From: Catajapyx aquilonaris
Taxonomy: Eukaryota
Reading direction: 5' to 3'
DNA: 53,296 bases
Assembly: GCA_000934665.2 (NCBI GenBank)
Contig: JYFJ02000694.1
Span: forward strand, 62,001 to 115,296
Part shown: positions 1 to 12,802 of the stretch, in pieces
Numbering within the stretch: the first letter of the stretch is position 1
Layout: each line of letters starts with the position of its first letter
Position numbers and translations under genes: made by a program
The notes under the pieces: generated by a model
Told to the model about the DNA's origin: nothing
The model's input: the letters and a program-made list of their open reading frames with translations, nothing else
Databases searched by the model: none

Positions 1-415
1 TTTTCAAAATAATAAACTCGAAGCGTCATAATTTGCCAATCCAATAGGCAGCAGCGTGTTTCATCAATTTGCTCAAATCTGTATTGGTACGCGAACGTTA
101 ATTTTTAGTCGCCCTTGTTGTGAATACATACAGTTACAAGCTCCCTTAAATGAGATTGAGAGGGAAATGATATTGTTTGGATAAAGATTTGGGCTATAAC
201 TGCTAACTGATGAAACACTTGATGTGACTAATAATGAAGTGTAATAGTGATAGGGTCCCTGTTAGTACGGTATATACGCAAATTATTGCAAATAATTAAT
301 TAGGCAAATAAATTATTGGCATCACATACCGGAAATCTGTCATGCTTCATAGACATAATAACAGTACAAATTTGAAAATATTTTTCACCCCTTTCATCTT
401 TTTTTATTGTTCCAG

Positions 416-571
416 CTTCAGGAATTGGAGAGGTGTGCTTCACAGATGAGCACTGTCAACTGAAAAACAAGCGAAGTATTTGCAAATACATCATTCCTCG
501 CGTACTTGGAAAATGCCAATGCAAACCTGGCAGTCGTCAGGTGCGCTCCACTTGCGTGCCTCTGAAAACTC
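416..571 (+). CDS. Internal coding exon of EB/EGF-like + LDLa repeat protein (gene starts upstream of window)
   Basis: Pyrimidine tract + ccag acceptor at 415 and c|gtaagt donor at 572. Translates SGIGEVCFTDEHCQLKNKRSICKYIIPRVLGKCQCKPGSRQVRSTCVPLKT, a six-Cys module. Confidence 0.85.
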
Positions 572-1005
572 GTAAGTTATTGCCCAATTAAAGTCTCTGC
601 AACTCACTGGCCTGTATACACCGAGCAGCAACACCTTTTGCGAACTTTTAATATGTATAATATTATTGAGTTTCTAAAGCATCTAGCATTTCCAGCTAAG
701 AAGAATGTCAAAAACATACGTTACTCATGATGAACTAAAAGCCCCTTTTAAAAGGCTTTTAGGGCTGTAAATGAACTCTCATGATGAAACATGTGTATAT
801 GCATTAAAGGTTCTGTAAGTTGTCAAGAACCTTTCCGAGAATCGAAGCCTGTCAATCTGGCAAAAATTAATTTTAAAAAGTGTTTATCAAACGAAAGCAC
901 AAAAAATGTGATTTGCAATTTGAATGATTTTGTTGAACACGGTTCACGAGAGCAATAATCTCGACAATTTCAAGTCAGATTGATGGTGACAATAAATCGT
1001 TCCAG

Positions 1006-1155
1006 GTCTGGGAAGCGAGTGCATGGACGACAGAGACTGTCACACCATCAAGCACTCGTTCTGTCAAGCCAAACGAGATGGCGTGTCTGTCTGCGCGTGT
1101 TCCGGAGCTTACACTCCGTCGTCCAATCGTGAAAGATGCATGCCTACATTTAAAG
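1006..1155 (+). CDS. Coding exon, second six-Cys EB/EGF-like module
   Basis: tccag acceptor, phase-compatible with previous exon. Translates LGSECMDDRDCHTIKHSFCQAKRDGVSVCACSGAYTPSSNRERCMPTFK. The donor aaag|gtcctg is weak, so the 3' boundary is less certain. Confidence 0.8.
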
Positions 1156-1233
1156 GTCCTGAACTCGCTATTTGTTTGTCACATGCTGGCTGCCATTGCT
1201 CTCTCCTTCCATGAAACTGACTTGATTTTGCAG

Positions 1234-1397
1234 GTGCTGGATTGGCATCAGTGTCACTTGGCCTGCCATGCATCTCACATTCACAGTGTCAGAGCGCCGA
1301 TTCTGGTGCCGCATGCATCAACGGCGTCTGTGATTGTGTTTCCAAGGATTCCACTTGCAATGCAAGAAACAGGGGGTGCTTTGCAGAAACATTTCAG
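1234..1397 (+). CDS. Coding exon, third Cys module plus start of first LDLa repeat
   Basis: ttttgcag acceptor and cag|gtatcg donor (phase 0). Translates AGLASVSLGLPCISHSQCQSADSGAACINGVCDCVSKDSTCNARNRGCFAETFQ; CFAETFQ joins in frame to CRSSGRC of the next exon to complete an LDLa repeat. Confidence 0.85.
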
Positions 1398-3568
1398 GTA
1401 TCGGTTTAACAAGTAGTTGTCCTCGTCGATAGCAAGTTGATTCACATAATGCATGTTTGTATGCTCGTCCATTGATAATGTATGTGAATCAAGTTGTAGG
1501 GTACATTAATTAAGCTGGCACCTGTAAGGGTCAGGAGGCGTAAAACGTGGTAGATTATTATCAGCAGTGGTAATGTACAGTACATGCGCACTCCACAAGT
1601 CCACATATTAGGAACTGCCTATGGGAGATACACAATGCATAATTAATTATAGGGAGTAAATTACGTTTCACCCCTGGCACAGCATTGAAAAATAATAAGT
1701 GTTGTAGCCTACTGTATACAGTACAAAGAACCTATATACCCCATTTAAAAAAAACCACTTCTATTTGTAACAGATAACAAAGCATAAAAGAATATTATGC
1801 TTATGTGCATCAAGGATTACAATGCAATTAAATTCCCTGCTCTCATTGGCCAGGCCAGGACATAAACGAAAAAGGGAAGGGGTATGAAATGGGATGAATA
1901 TTCTATTTGCTCGTTATCAACTTATATATTTTTTAAACTTTTTAAACTTTGTCGCTTAAATTGACCAATTGCAAAATGAAATTAAGTGCGACGCTGGCTA
2001 GCGCTGGCTTAATGTCTGTTGCAAGATTCACGGTAAAAGCAGAGCAAATTGTTGTTCATGCTTGTTACTCATTGCTGATTACAATGTACAAAACAATATT
2101 ATTACCAAGCATCAACAACGTATCTGAATCAATTACAAACTGCGCATTGGTTTTTGAAATATTTGAGGACGAAAAACGTGACAGACAAACACACAAACAA
2201 AAAGACTTAAAATTTAAAGCGATCAGTGACATGTTAATTAAAACATATTATCCTCAAAGAGTATAACTTTCTGGTGGTCAATCAGTTTCCTACCCTCACT
2301 TGAGGAAATGATGGCATCTATTACCTCAAAATAAATTAATGTTGACTGCCTTATATTTCATGTCATCAAATTATACAGGATGTTCCGTCAATAGATTGTC
2401 AGATCGACTTTTACCATTATCCGAGTAGGTTATATCCGAGTACTGTACATCGTAGTGTAGCGTTCCTGGAAGGTTCGGACGCGACCACCCATGAAATACA
2501 TCTCTATTAGGCATACTCTACTGTGTGTTTTATCCAAGTGGAGGATGGGGCATGTGATGTTGTCCGGAGCTTAGTGATGTGCTTTATCATCGTGCCAATA
2601 ATGCATGCCATAATCATTCCAACCTCAGTGAAACGCTTAATTTAAATCCATCCGACAGACATTTGGATAATAGGCTGAAATCCCGAAGTTACATGTGTAT
2701 ATACTGTATAGAGACTAGCCCATGCAGAAAATGTATAGTTTTAAATATAGTAGATGCTCTTCGAATAAGTTACTTCATGTTGGGAAAACGCTACACTACG
2801 ATGTCGCATAATTGCAGTAAAGTCACACTGTAGTAGGCCTACCGTACCTGGATATTTGACACTATACAGGACAATTTATTGACTGTTGACATAATCGGCA
2901 TCAATGTAATATTTAGTGTTGAAGGTACTTGCAGTATATATTTTCTATTAGTAGCAGTATCTTTTAAAATGTCGATGAAGCAACAGGCAGCCACACCATG
3001 TAGGTAGGCCTATAACAATTAAATTGTGGTTGAACGTTACCCTCATACGCTCGCACTCCACGAATGCCCACCAAGATGTACAGGGTTGAGTTCTCCCCCT
3101 CCGTCTCTTCCGATATTTTGGCTGCGCCAGCACCATATCTCATGTCGCTAAGAACCAAGCTAGAGAATTACTTTTCCTCCTTTCTTTATCTCCACCTTCT
3201 TCCCTTTCAACTTGAATCATAGACCACACGTAGACGTAGACATACATTTTGTTCTGTAACAACCCTCTGCCTCAAAGCGACGTGTTCTAAGTTCGACAAC
3301 ATTCACCTAAACGACTAAACCTTTATTCCGCGAAATTATCAAAAACTCATACAGTAATTAGAGGTTCATTAACAAATAGGGCAATTTGATTATAGGAATA
3401 AGTGTCAAAAGCGATCAGCAAAGTTGGAGAAACTTCACATGACTTGATCTCTATAGTTTCTTTTCCTCCCCATTCTACTCTCCTTCCCTAGGCTGATTTA
3501 GGTAACTTTGCCTATATATTTTTGCACAAATGAATATCTAGTTAACACCGATTTTTTTTATGGATCAG

Positions 3569-3776
3569 TGTCGGTCTTCCGGGCGGTGCCTAAGTTGGTT
3601 TTTTGTATGCGATGGGCGGCCAGACTGCGACGACGGCAGCGACGAAGAGTGCCCCGTCGGACGTTGCCCCTCCCACGCTTTCATGTGCAAAGACGGCACA
3701 TGCCTCACTTACGCTAAAAGATGCGACGGACATTCCGACTGCCCCGATGGCTCAGATGAATACGCCTGCCAAGGAC
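3569..3776 (+). CDS. Coding exon, LDLa repeats 1-2
   Basis: cag acceptor at 3568 and c|gtaag donor at 3777. [27 protein letters not shown] and [35 protein letters not shown] match the LDLa CDGxxDCxDGSDE signature. Confidence 0.93.
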
Positions 3777-3870
3777 GTAAGAACGAACCACTAACATGTT
3801 ATCCATGTTATTTGGAGACTCCCGCTGATGAGGTACAAGAATGCATATTAACACACGGTCTCCTTCGCAG

Positions 3871-4116
3871 CGTGCCCAAAGCGGACTTTCCCGTGTAACA
3901 ACGGGACGTGCATACCGGAGCATAACTTCTGCAATGCCGTTGTCATGTGTCAGGATGGCTCCGACGAGGCTGAATCTGCTTGCGTCAGGCAATTCGCCAG
4001 GACGTCGTACTGTCCTCACCGATGTGACAACGGGAGGTGCCGATCAAGTGCACTGCTCTGCTCGGGAATAGACGGCTGTGGGGACGGTTCTGATGAGTCC
4101 AAGTGCCAAGTTTGCA
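3871..4116 (+). CDS. Coding exon, LDLa repeats 3-4
   Basis: ccttcgcag acceptor and a|gtaagt donor. Translates [37 protein letters not shown] and [35 protein letters not shown]. Confidence 0.92.
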
Positions 4117-4197
4117 GTAAGTATATCAGTATAATTGAATGGCCATAGTTATTAATCATATACGTATTTTGAAATTTATAATGAGCTTATGTTTCAG

Positions 4198-4214
4198 AAT
4201 GTCCGCAGCTGTGA
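4198..4214 (+). CDS. Probable terminal coding exon (KCPQL-stop) of the LDLa protein
   Basis: tttcag acceptor at 4197 after an 81-nt intron; phase-compatible and ends in TGA at 4212-4214. Confidence 0.7.
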
Positions 4215-6049
4215 AACTGTCCGACGTCTGGTTACGATATTCAACTACAGGAGAACGGAGGACCATAAATGATAGTGAAGTGGGACTAACATCAGGTATC
4301 CGGACTACTTACAACACCTAAGGATAAGTTATACTGTGGCTGTAGCAGACTACACAATATTGTAACTCAGTAGAATTGGGAGGAACTAATGCTCTGCAAA
4401 AACTGAGGTAGTAGAAGCCGCAAAGCCATGTAAGGTCCCTAATTTGTCATCAGAGTAATGTAAGACACAAGCGAAAAATTACGAATGCTAATACACTCAA
4501 TGGTGCTAAGAATGTGAGTATTCTTGTCCCGTATCGCGGAAAACTGTAGCGAGGTCTCGAAAATGGTAATTTAAATTATGCGAAATTCATTAGTAAAATG
4601 GTTGAAATATTCCCCCAGGCGACTGAGTGCATTAAATGAAAGACACGTGTCCATTACAAAAATTGTAAAATTCTGATACTATTCCAGGTTGGCAATTTCT
4701 CATTGCCATGCCACATATCAGTTCCATTTTATTTTCATAATTATCTGACAATGAGACTTGCCGAAAGTTTTTTCAGAAAGTACGGTATCGAAGTACGGTA
4801 CACGAAACAATACAATGTCGATACTACGTAAAGGAATCTCGTAACAGGAGGAAGATCATAGATACATTTAATAATATCACAGGACTGTTTGTGTCAACCA
4901 TGTGCCTTATTGTACTAGTAAAAATGGACCAATATAATGTGGTATACTGAGCGAGTGTTTATTACAATGAAAACAAATAGTGAATTCGCAGCATTTCACA
5001 GTCCAGAAAAATGACAGAATCTGCACTATTGGTAAAGGGCCTATACTATAAATTATAATCTTCATTTTCTTGCGAACGATCCCATGATGTGAATGTGAAT
5101 GCCACTCTTGCGGAAAACTGACGGCGATAAAGAGAGTAGGCGATCATTCAGATAAGGTAGGTGACTTTTGTTATAAGGTGAACAGTATGCCATTTTGATA
5201 CACATATTTTTATAAGCTATTTTACACCTGAAACATTATGTTTTTAGAATATCTGGCTATTAAAATGCAACGTCATTTTTAGTCATTCGGCCATTTATTA
5301 CGATCTGCACTAACGTCACAGCCTTCCCACATCTGGGCTCCCATGTTGGTCCCTAGTTGGACTGAATTTTCTCCTAGACTGTAGTTGCTTTGGCTCCTCT
5401 ATTAAACCAAATTGAACGAGTACGACTGCACTAAATAGGATTATTTTTGTTCTGAAGGAGTTATGAAAGAGGAGCTATGTCAAAGAGGGCATTGTTCTTA
5501 CGTGCTACTTGGGGATATTACAGCCATGCAGAATCGATTCAAGATACTAATGATGCGGTTTATAGCCTACACTAAATTGCACGATTTTACGTAGGGAAAG
5601 AATCAAAACAATGGAGATAAAGAGTGGCAGATTTTTCTTGGACTTATCAGGAATACATTGATGTTGCGAGATGCGTTGTGTTGGATTTTAATAAGGACCG
5701 CTGTTATATTCAAGAAGAACCAATGTAGCACACAATAATCAGAAACTAAATGTATTCTTTAAGGTCTTCGGATACTTCGGAGAATTTATAAGCGGCCTAC
5801 ATAGGCCTACTGCAGAAAAAGACCTTCACGGTTCTTGGCCAAAGTAGGCTTGGGAATGTAAGCTGGACGGGATAAGCTTACTCCTGTATATACTGCAAGT
5901 GCAGTCCTTCAAAAGGGGGACTTGACGGGCTTTCAGCAGATATAAAGACATGATTTCATGGTGTGTCAAATCCGAAAGGTTTTCGATTTTGTAGCTATAA
6001 ACAAGTGGCAAATGTGTCCCAGCATGGTCGCTGAGTCTCGGGGAACAGG

Positions 6050-6410
6050 AGAGGAATTCACCTTTTGGATATTATAACATTGAAATAATCATGTCAGAAG
6101 ACACGTCTTGTTCTACTGATAGGCATTCTGATTCCAACAACTCACTGCACTTTTTCTTAAAGCGACATCCTTAAAGCTGTAAAGCTGTGCTGAAAACTGA
6201 TCAACTAAGGCCACTAATTCAGGCTAGAAGCAGTAAAAACAATGAGGAGAAAGTAGTGTGAACCATGTCTAAGAAACAGACAAGAAAATCACACAGTAAA
6301 ATTTTGAACATGCCTTATACGCTCGTAGTCTTTCTGCTATCATGCCTATCTAAACTTAGCCACCAACTTTGGACGAGCGTAAGAGGATTGCCAAAGTTTG
6401 TGAATACTAA
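6050..6410 (+). mobile_element. Possible decayed LINE (L2/CR1-like) ORF2 C-terminal fragment
   Basis: Frameshifted motifs in the expected order: *NNHV (W-x-x-H-V), HFFLKR, LRPLI, PTLDERK. Confidence 0.3.
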
Positions 6411-6451
6411 AGGATAATTGCCTGGAAAGGGAAGAAGCTTTAGTACCGGTA

Positions 6452-6848
6452 CAGCACCGTTCATAAGGAATGGTATATGGACAAAATGTTTATCCTGTTC
6501 TCAACCCCTGGGACCTGCATGTTTTTGAAGTATCGCAAAGAAGTCAAAAACAAAGTTTGGGGAATCAAAATAAAGTAAAAAATATAAGAAAAAAACAAAC
6601 AAGGCAAAGTAAGAAAAGTTTAGGGAGGAAATTCACATCAAATCTATGTAAGTATATTGTAGCCTACCTGGTTGAACATTTTGGTAATTAAAAATGTTAT
6701 TGAAAATTTGGGATGGGTCATATGAGTCACCAGAGGTCCAGAAAATGTTGTCCATAGGGTCGCGTCGATATAAGGTTGGGAAAACTGCTGGACATTGTGG
6801 ATAAACATTTCGTCCATAGAGTCGTACCATTCTTTATGAACGGAACTG
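6452..6848. mobile_element. Tc1/mariner-like MITE (~400 bp)
   Basis: Left end cagcaccgttcataaggaatggtatatggacaaaatgtttatcc matches the reverse complement of the right end, cagttccgttcataaagaatggtacgactctatggacgaaatgtttatcc. TA lies at or next to both ends; no coding capacity. Confidence 0.7.
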
Positions 6849-8989
6849 GTACTTCAGAGCTAAGATTAGCTATAATAATAATAACATTTTGCAATATGCT
6901 GATGAGTTTATCTGTCAAAAAAGTCAGAACTAACCACTAGAAACATTATATTGTTATGAAAATAATACTGCTATTATGAAGAGACGAAGAATGAAAGTGT
7001 GCACTTCCGCCACCTGTTGGGAAAATGTTGAGGTTGCAATAACATTTGCACTTGATATTGGTTTTTCTTCGTCCTCCTATTCAGGCAGGGTTTACAGTAG
7101 ATATACAGCACATGGATCAGAAGATTTATCAAATACATGTTAAATAATCACGTACTACGTTCTAAAGATTACGTAGGCCTACTGTTCTTCATGTCTCACT
7201 GCAACGATGTACTTTACCACAAAAATTAATAGAAATGAGAACCATTCAGATTTCAAAATGGATTAATTCCTCTCAGATCGTTGATCAATATTGCAGCTTA
7301 TTCAATTCTATCACCATCTACTTATCACCTGCCATTAATTTAACAATCCCTCCATCTTCGTAATTCACGAATTAATTCCAGTCCGAACTGAAAATTAGCC
7401 ATTATTGGCACAATTTGCTTTTAATCGCCTTTCCCATACACCCCATTCGGCTTAATTTTGCTTCCTTCCTTCCTCCTTCGTCACACACATGTAGGATATA
7501 TTCTTCATTTATTGTTAATTTAACACAATTCTTCCCATTTTAAAAAGTTCTATCAGATTAATTACTTATATTCCAGTGAATTAAAAGGACATCAATTCCA
7601 TTAATTTTAATAATCAAAACGAATTAATATCAAATGATTACTACACCAAATTAAAGATCCCTCAATACACTCGATCCCTGATGTATTTACTGATTATGGA
7701 CTTTGGCCCTTTTCCCATTGGGCAATCTTATTCCGCCGAAGAGAGTTTCGAATGATGCTGACAATATATTCCTTGATTTATTCCGCATTTTATCACATAC
7801 TCTGAGATATATTATGTTGTTTCTTTCTGTCATTTGAGATGTTGTGCTTCAATGCAGTTTACGCTTTCTCATGCAGAAAGTCATATCCTGTATTTGATCG
7901 TCGCACATCAAGGTTCTGATCCTTTTATTCCCAAATGTCATCTTCTTCCTGTCTCGAGTTACTAACAAAGTATGACAAACAAAGGATATACGCCGTCAAT
8001 AATACTGTCTCTTCAAAAATGCAGAAGACAATAATATTGTTAGGAAAATACGATATCAGAGGACATTATTCTGAATTGAAAAACCCATTAACGTCTTGTT
8101 GTGAAAATTACGTTTGAGGCGATTCAGCCTGGAAAAATTAAAATAAAAAGTTATATACAGTAGCTATATTATTTGCAATGATTTGTCCATACTAGTGATA
8201 TCCTGCGAGGACATAATATGCCTAATTGGTCCACTTTGACCTATAATAACGAATCAGTGCGTCATATTCCTAAGAATAATCAGAATGCTCAATGCGACTC
8301 ATTTGCTATCAAATTAATGTTATAGCTAGGCCTTTTCGACCTCTCATTTTTAGACACCAATCTTGCAATATTTTGCAACCCATTAGCAGCACAAAAAATA
8401 CCAGTATGGAATATAAATCAGCTACATGTCCGAAGTCCCAACTAGAGATGAATTTTCAGCTCGCTGAACTGGAAACTTCCTCTTTTCCACGGCCAGAAAT
8501 CCCCATGAAAAAAGAACGAACCAAAACCCCCTTAAAATCCTGGCTTTGTGCCACGTGGGCCGAATAAATTATTACTCCATAAAACACACCTTATGGCTCC
8601 TTCGGCATACGTATTTTGCCATCAAATGCAGTGCTTCAGACTCCGCTACTCTCAAACTAAACTATTGTGCAACGATTTCTTGATTCGATTCCCATGAATA
8701 AATAGATCATTTTGGGGAGTCTATAGGTGTGACCTATAAATGCAAAATAATTCTAGAGAGAGTCAAGGGCGTGTATCACTCGCATAAGTATATACTTTAA
8801 CTGCCATCTCTTTAAGTGGAATCTTCCACATATACTGCTGCTTATATCAGATTTATAATTCAGAGGAAAATTAATACTATACAAAATGAATTTGAAATAT
8901 GAGAACGTACAGTACCTGCACATGCAGAGCTTTTTATTGGAAATATCAGGCAAGGAACGAGAGCTGGGCAATGTAACGGATCGCTTTTC

Positions 8990-9990
8990 ACCTTTAGGGT
9001 TTCCAGGCAGCCCAGTTCAGGTAGACTTTTTATGCCAAGCTCTCTTTCCCGAGCCAATCGTTCCCGATCATCCAACTTGGTATAATAAAAAGTGGTCCAC
9101 GATCCCGACATAAAATATGGCTCAACCATGAAAAGTTTCGGATGTGAACGCCCTCCTCCTTCATCCCAGGTTGTCATTTTTACCTTTAGCCTTATAGCTG
9201 CTTGTAGATAGATTCATTGGGCAAACACATTTATTTCTAGTGCACAGAAATGTTTCCCTATTCTAGAACAATGTGATACAAGGGATGCAGGAGTGGAAAA
9301 CTGGAATGACCGTGTGGACTATAGCTGGGACGGACCAAATGACAGCAATCTCACTCGAACTCGATTTACATTGAAATATCCCTTGAGGGTTGTGAAGACC
9401 AGGGACGTGTAGGAAAATGGATGAGGAAGAAACCCCTCAAATGGAAAAATAAAGACCAATGTAGAGATAGAGCACGTTACAGTTGGATTCACAATTAGGG
9501 GTGTTCCGTACAGTACTTCATTCATATTGTAGAGCTATAGAACTACATGTCATTCAGGCTCAAAATATTGAAAATAACTATAAAATGTGGAGGATGGAAA
9601 TTGTCGAGATACCAATGGGGATCCAACGGGTAAAGATGTAGGTAACTCTCAACTCGGAATATGATCAGGGAATACGTCCATTTCAGGATACGATGCAATG
9701 CAAATGAATCCGTCGGTAACAAGAGCGGCGGAATGACCTGAATAATATTAATCACCCTTAGCCTAACTTCAATGTAAAAATTTCAAAATTACCCGCAGTT
9801 TTTTCCGGGCCTTTCAATCCAAATTCACAAGTTTTGAGAAAATGCGTGATGTGCTGGTATGCACCCATAGTATCCAAAAAGTGGCATGTGCCATTATAAA
9901 AATGGGCTAAACCCGGATAAAATACGGGGAAAAGAGAAACGACCCGTCCTTCGCCTCCACACCGGATTTCCTCGATACCGCTGGTCGTGA
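8990..9990 (+). mobile_element. Possible highly decayed non-LTR retrotransposon RT fragment
   Basis: Ordered, frameshifted motif remnants: VGKWMRKKPLK..KT (~9408-9460), KDVG/VTLNS (~9632-9655, cf. KYLGVTLDS) and VLRLHTGFPRY (~9946-9978). Confidence 0.4.
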
Positions 9991-10292
9991 TGTCACCACT
10001 TTCCTGGCTCAACAATGAAATAGTGGTAAACGTATGGATACGGACGTATTTCGGTAGCTAATCTGGCCACTACTACGGTATTTCGGGTGTCCGGAAAGAT
10101 CACTGCCTGAGTCAAGCTTTGGAATGACTCCGCACTACAATAATTTTAGACCATTGGTCAGCCCTAATGATGTACTGCGTGCCGATGCCTTCCCTCGCGA
10201 CCCATTTCAATTGGCGATGGGCACTCTTATTTGAGCTTTACAGCCTAGAAAGAAAACCCAGATCATTCCTTTTCGATACAATCACACCGGGC

Positions 10293-10311
10293 AAAAAAAA
10301 AAAAAAAAAAA
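10293..10311 (+). repeat. Poly-A run (19 nt)
   Basis: Seen directly. Confidence 0.95.
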
Positions 10312-11599
10312 CTATAGGCAAGGTGAAGAAGGTTATGATTGTCATGTTATAATAATACAATTTCAAGACATAATACATTCAAGACAGTGTACGTATGTGT
10401 GTGCCACATTTCAAAGTGTCATTTTAACGTATATTTTGACTTGGATTTGTTCCATGGCTGCCCAGGCTCTCGTAGGAATATGTGACAGTTGTTTGTTTTC
10501 AACAACAACAACAACCGTCATTCCTGCCAGGATACATACGTAGCTCGTATAGTGCATAATACAATAAGAAAAACGATATCACACCCGACCACATCCATAA
10601 TGGCATGTTTTTAGAAAAACATAGGCCTATTCCCATTTTCTCTATTTTTCCTTCCTTCCTTGGACACTGCCTTCTTGATCGTTGCGAACAGTAACAAACA
10701 TACAGTATCCTTACGTATACAGTATATGAAATGGGTGCGATAGGTTGCATACCTTACAGGATGGGTGACGATGGGCGATGTCTTGCATAATGAAAAACCT
10801 GAAAAAACTCAGTTACTGTAAGCCAGTAGAAAGAAGTTTTCGGAAGCGGGGAAAGGGTAAAATTTTAACTTACACATTTGCAGGGTGAGTCAGAACTTCA
10901 GTTCAATTTCCAGGCTCCTTTATTCAAAACAGTTCTAAAATGTAGGGGTATGAAATGTCGACCCAATGGCAATGAGCCCAATGAATTTAGTTGCCCATAG
11001 ACAAACGCGAACATACACTTGACCATACATCATAATATCACGGAACATATATGCATTGAAAAAAGCCTCCGAGCACAGCTTGTGCCCCACTTTACCATTT
11101 CAAAAATGTGTTTTTATTGACATTATGTGTGTTTATTGTGGTGTTTTTTTATAAATCCCTTAGTCAAAATAAACATACAGGCATTATAATCATAGTTAAC
11201 CCTACGGATGATTTATTGGAGCAAGGCAAAAAACTGTGGCACTTGGAATATTACAGAGCTGACCGGTCGCCTTGCACGCGACCTTTTTTGAAACACATTT
11301 GGTTTAGCAGTTACATTTCTTATACCCGTGATGCTATCTTGCTCAGAGAAATCAGAGAGTTTGCTATCCTCCTTTGCAGTAACAGCAGCTAAGTCTAATA
11401 ATTTCTCTTTGCACGGATGTATTTCTAGGTAAGTGCTTTTACCCTCGGTGGGGGTATATCACACGAAACCTTTATTGAACCATTATGTACATGGAGCCAA
11501 TTATTCGAAGCGCCCGGGCCCACGGGCAGGTAGGTGACTTAAGAGGGGATGTGCAAAGTGCAGTGTATAATGTCGTGGGTGAGGTCATTTTGTGAACAC

Positions 11600-11765
11600 C
11601 CCAGGATGGTTAGTCCAGGATGGGAGTCCCACCCGAGACGAAGCCAGAGATGGCCCAAAACTCTGCACAAGATGAAGGGGGTGTCCCCGGGCTGGGTTCG
11701 AACCTTGCACGCGTGTACTTGTGCTTGAGTTGGCGATGTTCAGAGCACAGTCTGAACAGGTCATC
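11600..11765 (-). mobile_element. Possible degenerate tRNA-derived SINE head
   Basis: B-box-like GGTTCGAACCC on the minus strand near 11694-11705 in a locally GC-richer tract; no convincing A box or cloverleaf. Confidence 0.25.
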
Positions 11766-11848
11766 ATCAACATTCTTCACCACTGCTGGATGTTATTGGG
11801 GGACCCACGAGCCCTGTCGACGTCAGGAAATGATAGAATCAACACACA

Positions 11849-11979
11849 GTCCAACGAACCGTGGGCATTATATAAAATGTCCGGACCATTTGTGAAATGC
11901 CTTCCCATTATACACATTGCCTTAAAAATGGGCATTTTATACACTGCCCCGGGCATTTTACAAAATGCCCGTGTTGGAC
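11849..11979. mobile_element. Short inverted-repeat element (MITE-like)
   Basis: gtccaac...gttggac termini; internal gggcatt(a/t)t..aaaatg(c/t)cc units arranged as inverted copies. Confidence 0.55.
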
Positions 11980-12802
11980 ACATTGACCGTAACATATGCA
12001 ATCCAAATAATATCTCAATATCTCATCTATGCATAAGCCAAATTTTATTTGTTCCCTGAAGAGGAACCAAGAGAGGAACTCCAGCACAAGCATTGCCTTC
12101 ACGGGCCGTTAGGAAAGTGTTTGCTCCTCACCTACATTCAGGGTGTTCCTATGCTCAAGTTGATGATGCCACCAGCTGGCGCGAGGAAGAGTTGATAAAT
12201 TAATCACTCCTGGCATACTTGGTGGAATGCAATAAGGTAAAGGAATATTCAAATCTTATGCAGAGCCTGAAGGATATTATGCAGTATAATAATATTGGGG
12301 GTCCCAGGGCAAAACTTCTTGAATACAACTTGTTGCAAAAATGATTCCAAATCACATAATGACCATTGTAGCCATTTCAGATATTTTAGAGGAATCCTTC
12401 CATATTATATTTGTAAAATAATAATATTATTGAAAATATATGTCAAGGTTTTTGAGAGGTCGAGTGTCGTTACCCATTAGGTTTAATTTATTAATCGATG
12501 TAAGATATGATCCGTCATTATTACCCGCCTTCCACATATTTACGGTGTGGTTCCAAGTTATTGGATTATATATTTTTCTTTAATGACCTCTAATATTGTG
12601 ACAAAATAATCATTTTGATACTGTTTACCTGACTGTATTTTTTTCTTACCCGAGGCTGACGGTCGCATGTTATGATCATACCCAACAGACCTACTTTCAT
12701 AGTAAATATTTATCGGCCTTGGCTAGTATAGTAATGTAGTGCATGCAGTGCTTTCATTGATCCATTTACTAGATCAAGGCAGTCTCTTCCAATTACCTTA
12801 CA

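Noticed and set aside
7300..7800. Possible minus-strand LINE 3' end
   Set aside because: Motif matches too weak to support.
9758..10015. Possible viral or Polinton protease-like ORF
   Set aside because: Only a vague resemblance with no catalytic motif set; opposite-strand RT remnants explain the region better.
11690..11710. tRNA gene
   Set aside because: Only a B-box-like motif; no cloverleaf.
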